A program made the position numbers and the translations under genes. The notes beneath the pieces are model-generated. The model made no database searches. It had not been told where the DNA came from and worked only from the letters and a program-made list of their open reading frames with translations. Below are positions 58,698 to 64,000 of a DNA stretch of 64,000 nt, piece after piece; the first letter of the stretch is position 1, and each line of letters begins with the position of its first letter. This DNA is from Gemmatimonadales bacterium (GTDB lineage: Bacteria > Gemmatimonadota > Gemmatimonadetes > Gemmatimonadales > GWC2-71-9), in contig OZ252244.1 of NCBI GenBank assembly GCA_965249575.1, positions 512,001-576,000 of the forward strand, read 5' to 3'.

Positions 58698-61123
58698 ATG
58701 TCGAGCGGTCCCACGGCCCGATCCCGTAGCCCCTGATCCCCAGTCCCTGACCCCATCACCAACGCCGCGCCGCCGTATAACGCCCCTCCCAGCCAGAGCA
58801 CAGAGGGTGAGCCAGCCTCGATGGCCACCAACGCGGCGAGTGGAGCCGCAACCACCGACGCGAAACCGTTGACCGCCCACGCCCACGCAATGCGCCCTCG
58901 GTCCGCTCCCACCAGGAGGCGAAGACCCAAGGGAAACGGCACGCCCATGAGCAATGCGGGCGGTGCCACGACGAGCAGTGCTACGAGAGTCCTCAGCCAC
59001 AGACCTGCCGGCTGCACGACGTGAACGACGTCGAGAAGAAACCATCCGTATAGGGCACAACACGCCGCGAGGGAGACGCCGGGAATCCACCCAACGGAAG
59101 TTGCGAGGCGATCGGAAAACGCACTCCCGATACCCGAGAAGACGAGGAACCCGCCGAGTACGGCCGTCACCGCGTAGACCGGGTGGCCCAGCAGCAGGCT
59201 CAGCTGTTGAATCGAAGCGATCTCAACCGCGAGATACCCGAGACCGATGGCGCCGAAGTAACTCGTGAGCCGCAGGCGTTTCCAGTGTTTCTGAGAACGG
59301 CCGTGCGCGGCGGCCGGGAGGAGCAGGAGCAATGCGGCGATTACCACACTCTGAGCGAGCGTAGCGAGCAGCGCCACATACCCCCATTCGGCAAAGGGCA
59401 GCCAGGTACCACGCGCGTTCCGCAAGAAAGATCCGACGGCACTTGCCCGGACGAAGTGGTGCGGGTACGGCCTCGCGTCGCCCACCGTCGCGATGTCGAA
59501 CGGGTAGGTCTCGGCGTAGGAGTCCGCTTCTTGTCGTCCGCTGACAGCGGCCGCCGTGACTCGGTGCAGCACCTGCTCGTCGAGCACGTTGAAGGGTCGA
59601 GCGGGCGTTTGGATTCCGGGATACCAGTCGAGATCGAACCTGCGAGCGGCCGACCACTCGAGTAAGGTGGCGATCTCGCCTGGCGAGAATCCGGACGGCC
59701 GAACGAGGATCGTGACCGTCGCCCAGCTGTGCATGACGACGATCCCGCGCCCCACGGCCTCCGGTCGGAGGGACCTGAGCGCCTCGACGGCCGTCAGGAT
59801 CTTGCGCGGATTCTCTCGGGCCGGAACCGCGAGCCAGCCAGTGACCGCCAGGATGCCGCCCTCCCGGAGCAGCTCGAGATACCCTTCGTAGGCTTCGCGG
59901 GTGTGTAAGAAGTCCTCGCTGAGCGAGTGCACACCGGCGGCCGCGCCGCCCAGCCCGCCCCCGGCGCTCAGAATCACCCGTTCGAAACGCCGATCGGTGC
60001 GCGCGGTATAGCTCCTGGCGTCGCCAACGACCCATTCGACCGCGGCGCGCCCGCCGGCGGGCATCGGAGGTCCCAGCTCCTGGGTGAGCTGGACGAGCGC
60101 CGGTTGTAGCTCGACGGCGGTCACCCGTTCGGCCCCGTGCCAGAGCGCGCTCCACACCTCCGTGCCGCCACCGGCCCCCAGCACAAGCACCTCGCCGGAG
60201 GAACCCACCGCGTACGCGGCGGCGGACGGCAGCCAATCCAGCAGCGCGGGTCCCTCGGCGGTAGTCCGTTGCACCGCACCGGCAAGCTCACCATCGACGA
60301 AAAGCGCTGTCTGCCGGGGGAAAGGACCGTCGTAACCGAGGGACAGCCCGGGCGCGTGTCGAAACGCCCCTGCCTCGACGGCGACTACCCAGCCGGTTGG
60401 CCCGGTCCGTTCGGCGATTCGCCGGGCTCCGGGATACGCCTCTACCTGGGGAAGCCCCTTGTAGGGCGTAACCCCCACGTCCCAGGGCCGGTACCAGAAC
60501 ACGATGAGCGCCGCAGCGAGCGCCACGCCGGCGTATAGCCGTCCACGCGCGGCGGGGCCGAACCGGTCCACCGCGAGCATTGCGCCCAACCCGGCCATCA
60601 CGGACGGAACCGCGAGGGCTCGTTCCGGCGGGAAAATGCCGAGCGCGATGAGTGACACGAGGGCGCCGAGCGCCGAGCCCGCAAAACTAGCGCCGTAGAC
60701 GACGCCCGGCCGGTCGGAGTCCCTGCTGAGTGCGAGCAGCACCGCGAGGGCGCCCGCCCCGAACGGGAGCGCGAGGGTCAGGTACGTCAGTGCGAGCAGC
60801 GGCCACTGACCCGAGTCCCAGGCCAGTTGTGTCGGGTCGAGCGAGATCCGATGCACGATTGTAGGACTGGCGATGAGCAGGACGACGGTCGCGATCGATG
60901 CCCAGGGGAACCATCGGCGCGCGCGTTCGGTCCCGACATCCCCGAGGAGGGAGACGAACGTGCCGCTGGCGCCGAAACCCAGCATGGCGACACCGATCGC
61001 CATGTAGGCGAAGTGGTGAAAGTATTGGATGGCAAAGGCCCGAACGAGCAGGATTTCGTAGGCGAGTGTTCCCGCCGAGATCAGGGCCACGGCCCAAAGC
61101 CGAGCCGACAACACGCTACGCAC
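58694..61123 (-). CDS. Multi-TM protein with spermidine-synthase-like SAM-binding domain
   Basis: N- and C-terminal TM bundles around VLVLGAGGG..V, AVE, GDARSY; AWAWAVNGFASV. Confidence 0.85.
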   Translation of the reverse strand: MRSVLSARLWAVALISAGTLAYEILLVRAFAIQYFHHFAYMAIGVAMLGFGASGTFVSLLGDVGTERARRWFPWASIATVVLLIASPTIVHRISLDPTQLAWDSGQWPLLALTYLTLALPFGAGALAVLLALSRDSDRPGVVYGASFAGSALGALVSLIALGIFPPERALAVPSVMAGLGAMLAVDRFGPAARGRLYAGVALAAALIVFWYRPWDVGVTPYKGLPQVEAYPGARRIAERTGPTGWVVAVEAGAFRHAPGLSLGYDGPFPRQTALFVDGELAGAVQRTTAEGPALLDWLPSAAAYAVGSSGEVLVLGAGGGTEVWSALWHGAERVTAVELQPALVQLTQELGPPMPAGGRAAVEWVVGDARSYTARTDRRFERVILSAGGGLGGAAAGVHSLSEDFLHTREAYEGYLELLREGGILAVTGWLAVPARENPRKILTAVEALRSLRPEAVGRGIVVMHSWATVTILVRPSGFSPGEIATLLEWSAARRFDLDWYPGIQTPARPFNVLDEQVLHRVTAAAVSGRQEADSYAETYPFDIATVGDARPYPHHFVRASAVGSFLRNARGTWLPFAEWGYVALLATLAQSVVIAALLLLLPAAAHGRSQKHWKRLRLTSYFGAIGLGYLAVEIASIQQLSLLLGHPVYAVTAVLGGFLVFSGIGSAFSDRLATSVGWIPGVSLAACCALYGWFLLDVVHVVQPAGLWLRTLVALLVVAPPALLMGVPFPLGLRLLVGADRGRIAWAWAVNGFASVVAAPLAALVAIEAGSPSVLWLGGALYGGAALVMGSGTGDQGLRDRAVGPLDI

Positions 61124-61984
61124 TCATCGCAGCCCGCTCAGCATCGGTACAAACCGCACGGGGAGGAGGTTTCGCGTTCGCACGTCGCCATCTTCGTCCT
61201 TCTCGACGAGAATGAGGTTCTGTACTCCGTACACGCTTCCGACCGGAATCACCATCCGGCCGCCCGGTTTGAGCTGTTCGACTAGCGCGGGTGGGATGAA
61301 GCCGGCGGCGGCGGTGACGATCACTGCGTCGAACGGCGCCTCGTCGGGCCAGCCGAAGTGCCCGTCCCCGTGGCGGACGCGGATTTTGTCGTAGCCGAGC
61401 CGGGCAAGCCGCTCCCGTGCCGTCGCCGCGAGAATCTCGAAAATCTCGATCGTGTAGACATCCACCCCGATCGCGGCGAGGACCGAAGCCTGATAACCCG
61501 AACCCGTGCCCACCTCGAGAACTTTCATTCCCGGCTCGGGGCCCAGTATCTCGGTCATGTAGGCGACGATGTACGGCTGGGATATAGTTTGACCGTGGCC
61601 TATCCGCAGGGGATGGTCGCCGTACGCCCGCCGCCGTTCGCTCTGGGGAACGAACTCATGCCGCGGAACATTCAGCATCGACCCGATTGTGGCCGAATCG
61701 GTAACCCCGTGGACGGAGATCAGCTCTACCATCGCCTCCCGCTGGCCGCGGTATCGACGCGCGTCATCACGGCTGCCGCCACCACCCCGTTGCCCGAAGA
61801 GCGCGTCAGACGGGGCGACGAGTGCGGCGATCGCGAGGGCGAGAACCCCGCCCGCTCGGTTCACGCCCGCCCGGGCCGAGACCTTGACGACCTCGCGCTG
61901 GACCAGACGCTCATGGTCGCAATAGGCGAGCTTCACGACTTCAGTGTGCGACCCGGACGGTCGAGTACTTGGCACCACTCTCAC
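61124..61984 (-). CDS. pcm: Protein-L-isoaspartate O-methyltransferase
   Basis: VPRHEFV, GQTISQPYIVA, VLEVGTGSGYQA, APFDAVIVTAA, PVRFVPM; start uncertain. Confidence 0.93.
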   Translation of the reverse strand: MRVVPSTRPSGSHTEVVKLAYCDHERLVQREVVKVSARAGVNRAGGVLALAIAALVAPSDALFGQRGGGGSRDDARRYRGQREAMVELISVHGVTDSATIGSMLNVPRHEFVPQSERRRAYGDHPLRIGHGQTISQPYIVAYMTEILGPEPGMKVLEVGTGSGYQASVLAAIGVDVYTIEIFEILAATARERLARLGYDKIRVRHGDGHFGWPDEAPFDAVIVTAAAGFIPPALVEQLKPGGRMVIPVGSVYGVQNLILVEKDEDGDVRTRNLLPVRFVPMLSGLR

Positions 61985-62106
61985 ACGGAAACCGCTTCAG
62001 CTCCTCGACAAGCATGGCTCACCTCCATCTGGGGGTTGGGTGTTCGACTCGCTCCCTTCTGCAGGTTTCGGGTGCGCACCGATTCGTGCGATCGACGCCG
62101 CGCGGT

Positions 62107-63069
62107 TCAGTTCCACTTTCGGCCCCGCAGTTGATCGAGGTTGACGTTCCCGCCGCTCAGCACGCACACAACCTTGGAATCGGGCTCCGCTTCTATGAGG
62201 CCGTGTAGCAGGGCCCCAACCGAGGCAGCGGCCGCGCCCTCCACCAGCACCTTGCAGTGGGACCACACCCACAGCATCGCGTCGAAGATCTCATCGTCGG
62301 ACAAGGTCACGACTTTTTCGACGCACCCCCTCACGACCGCAAATGTATGGTCCCCCACGGTCTTGACCTTGAGGCCGTCGATTGCGCAATCGACCTCGTC
62401 GAGGGTGATCAGGTGTCCAGCCTTGATGCTCTCCTGCATGGCCGGCGCGCCCGACGACTCGACGCCGATGATGCGGATGGCCGGGTTCAGGCCCTTGAGT
62501 GCCATGGCGACCCCGGAGATCAGGCCTCCGCCACCGATCGGCACGATGACCACGTCGACGTGCGGGTAGTCGTGATAAATCTCCCACCCGAGCGTACCCT
62601 GCCCCGCCATGAGCTGCCAGTCGTCGAAGGGGTGGATGTAGGTGTAGCCGCACTCCTCGACCAACTCCTTTGAGCGTTCGTTGGCCTCGTCCCAGATACG
62701 GCCGTGGAGCACGACCTCCGCCCCGTACGCACGCGTCGCTTCGATCTTCGAGGGCGTTGCGTTCTCAGCCATGACGACCACCGACCGGATCCCATGCAGC
62801 TTTGCCGCCAGAGCGACGCCCTGGGCGTGGTTTCCCGCCGAGGAGCAAATAACCCCCCTCGCTTTCTCGGACTCGCTCAGTTGTCGGAATTTGTTGAGCG
62901 GGCCGCGAATCTTATACGAGCCCGTCCGCTGAAAGCTCTCCGCCTTCAGACGAACGTCAAACCCCGTGCGCTCGCTGAGGAGCCTGGAGGTGAGCAACGG
63001 CGTGCGATAGGCGTGGGCGGAGACGAAGCGATGGGCCTCCGCGAACACCGACGGGGCCAGCGGGACCAT
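62107..63069 (-). CDS. PLP-dependent threonine/serine dehydratase (no ACT domain)
   Basis: KAESFQRTGSYKIRG, SAGNHAQG, GGGGLISG, LSGGN; ATG 63069 with RBS GGAGG. Confidence 0.92.
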   Translation of the reverse strand: MVPLAPSVFAEAHRFVSAHAYRTPLLTSRLLSERTGFDVRLKAESFQRTGSYKIRGPLNKFRQLSESEKARGVICSSAGNHAQGVALAAKLHGIRSVVVMAENATPSKIEATRAYGAEVVLHGRIWDEANERSKELVEECGYTYIHPFDDWQLMAGQGTLGWEIYHDYPHVDVVIVPIGGGGLISGVAMALKGLNPAIRIIGVESSGAPAMQESIKAGHLITLDEVDCAIDGLKVKTVGDHTFAVVRGCVEKVVTLSDDEIFDAMLWVWSHCKVLVEGAAAASVGALLHGLIEAEPDSKVVCVLSGGNVNLDQLRGRKWN

Positions 63070-63169
63070 ATGCCCTCCCGAGGCGTGGCGGCTGGAGTAT
63101 GCGGATAACGATCGGGATACCCATGATAATACTCGCGCCCTTCCGCCACGGCGTGAAGGGCTCGTGGAC

Positions 63170-63198
63170 TTGGCGCGAGGTGAGCAGGTGGCTATTTT
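63170..63198 (+). promoter_or_regulatory. Putative sigma70 promoter of prs
   Basis: TTGGCG-17 nt-TATTTT, 11 nt before the ATG. Confidence 0.45.
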
Positions 63199-63209
63199 GC
63201 GAGGCTTCG

Positions 63210-64000
63210 ATGGTTGATCTCTCGTTATCGCGCTGTGAGATACTGCTCCTCGCGGGCACGGCAAACGAGCCGCTCGCCCAAGAGATCGCTGAGCGGCTCG
63301 GGACCACGCTGTGCGAGGTCACGATGCGGCGCTTTGCGGACGGTGAGATCTTCGTGCGCATCGATCAGAACGTGCGGGGACGGGACGTTTTCATCGTTCA
63401 ACCGACTAACCCGCCGGCTGAAAACCTCGTGGAGCTGTTGCTGTTGATCGATGCGGCCAAGCGGGCCAGTGCCGCGCGGGTGACGGCGGTGATCCCGTAT
63501 TTCGGCTATGCGCGCCAAGATCGTAAGGACCAGCCCCGGGTCGCCATCAGCGCGAAGCTCATGGCCAACCTGGTGACGACAGCGGGAGCGGATCGCGTAC
63601 TGGCCATCGACTTCCACCAACATCAGCTCCAAGGATTCTTTGACATACCGGTCGACCACATGTACGGAGCCCCGGTGTTCGTGCAGCACTACCGGCAGAA
63701 GAAGCTCACAGACTTGGTCGTCGTGGCTCCCGACGTTGGGAGCGCCAAGATGGCCCGCGGGTTCGCAAAACGACTCCATGCGTCCCTCGCAATCATCGAC
63801 AAACGCCGTCCGTCAGCCAACGTGGCCGAAGTGGTGAATGTGGTAGGAGAAGTCGGCGATCGGGACTGCTTGGTCGTGGACGACATGATCGACACGGCCG
63901 GGACGATGAGCGAGGCGGCTCATGCCCTCAAGCGTCTGGGTGCCCGCGACATACACTGTTGTGCCTCCCACGCGTTGCTGTCGGGGCCGGCAGTCGACCG
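63210..64000 (+). CDS. prs: Ribose-phosphate pyrophosphokinase, 3' end outside window
   Basis: Manual translation: FADGEIFVRIDQNVRGRDVF...PYFGYARQDRK...VAPDVG...IIDKRR...VDDMIDTAGT. Confidence 0.97.
   Translation, partial: MVDLSLSRCEILLLAGTANEPLAQEIAERLGTTLCEVTMRRFADGEIFVRIDQNVRGRDVFIVQPTNPPAENLVELLLLIDAAKRASAARVTAVIPYFGYARQDRKDQPRVAISAKLMANLVTTAGADRVLAIDFHQHQLQGFFDIPVDHMYGAPVFVQHYRQKKLTDLVVVAPDVGSAKMARGFAKRLHASLAIIDKRRPSANVAEVVNVVGEVGDRDCLVVDDMIDTAGTMSEAAHALKRLGARDIHCCASHALLSGPAVD

Noticed and set aside
62036..62063. GGGTG-TTCGACT-CGCTC resembles a tRNA T arm (possible attR)
   Set aside because: Does not match the tRNA-Gln 3' end, and no cloverleaf could be built upstream.

Overview
High-GC bacterial chromosome segment. 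The expanded '[23 protein letters not shown]' Ser/Thr kinase family suggests Gemmatimonadota or a similar lineage (inference). Left end (1-7.7 kb) is housekeeping: rsmI, trxA, mce, pdxJ, ispE, tRNA-Gln(TTG). Right end is the 5' part of prs. ispE-tRNA-Gln-prs is normally contiguous, so about 55.5 kb appears to have accumulated at the tRNA 3' end. No integrase or tRNA-duplicating attR is visible. The tRNA-proximal part (7.8-26.6 kb) is a co-oriented array of kinase-sensor genes: two intact, four broken or internally deleted, plus isolated 5' stubs and 3' 'NWFEE' stubs that bracket unrelated cargo genes. It also has an exact 31-bp direct repeat and a 105-bp leader present three times, which looks like a cassette gain/replacement hotspot. 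27-35.6 kb is rich in deleted or frameshifted genes. 35.8-63 kb is mostly intact secreted hydrolases, including four paralogous His-motif beta-propeller proteins around a DUF5916-like outer-membrane protein. Family names come from motif recognition, not database searches.
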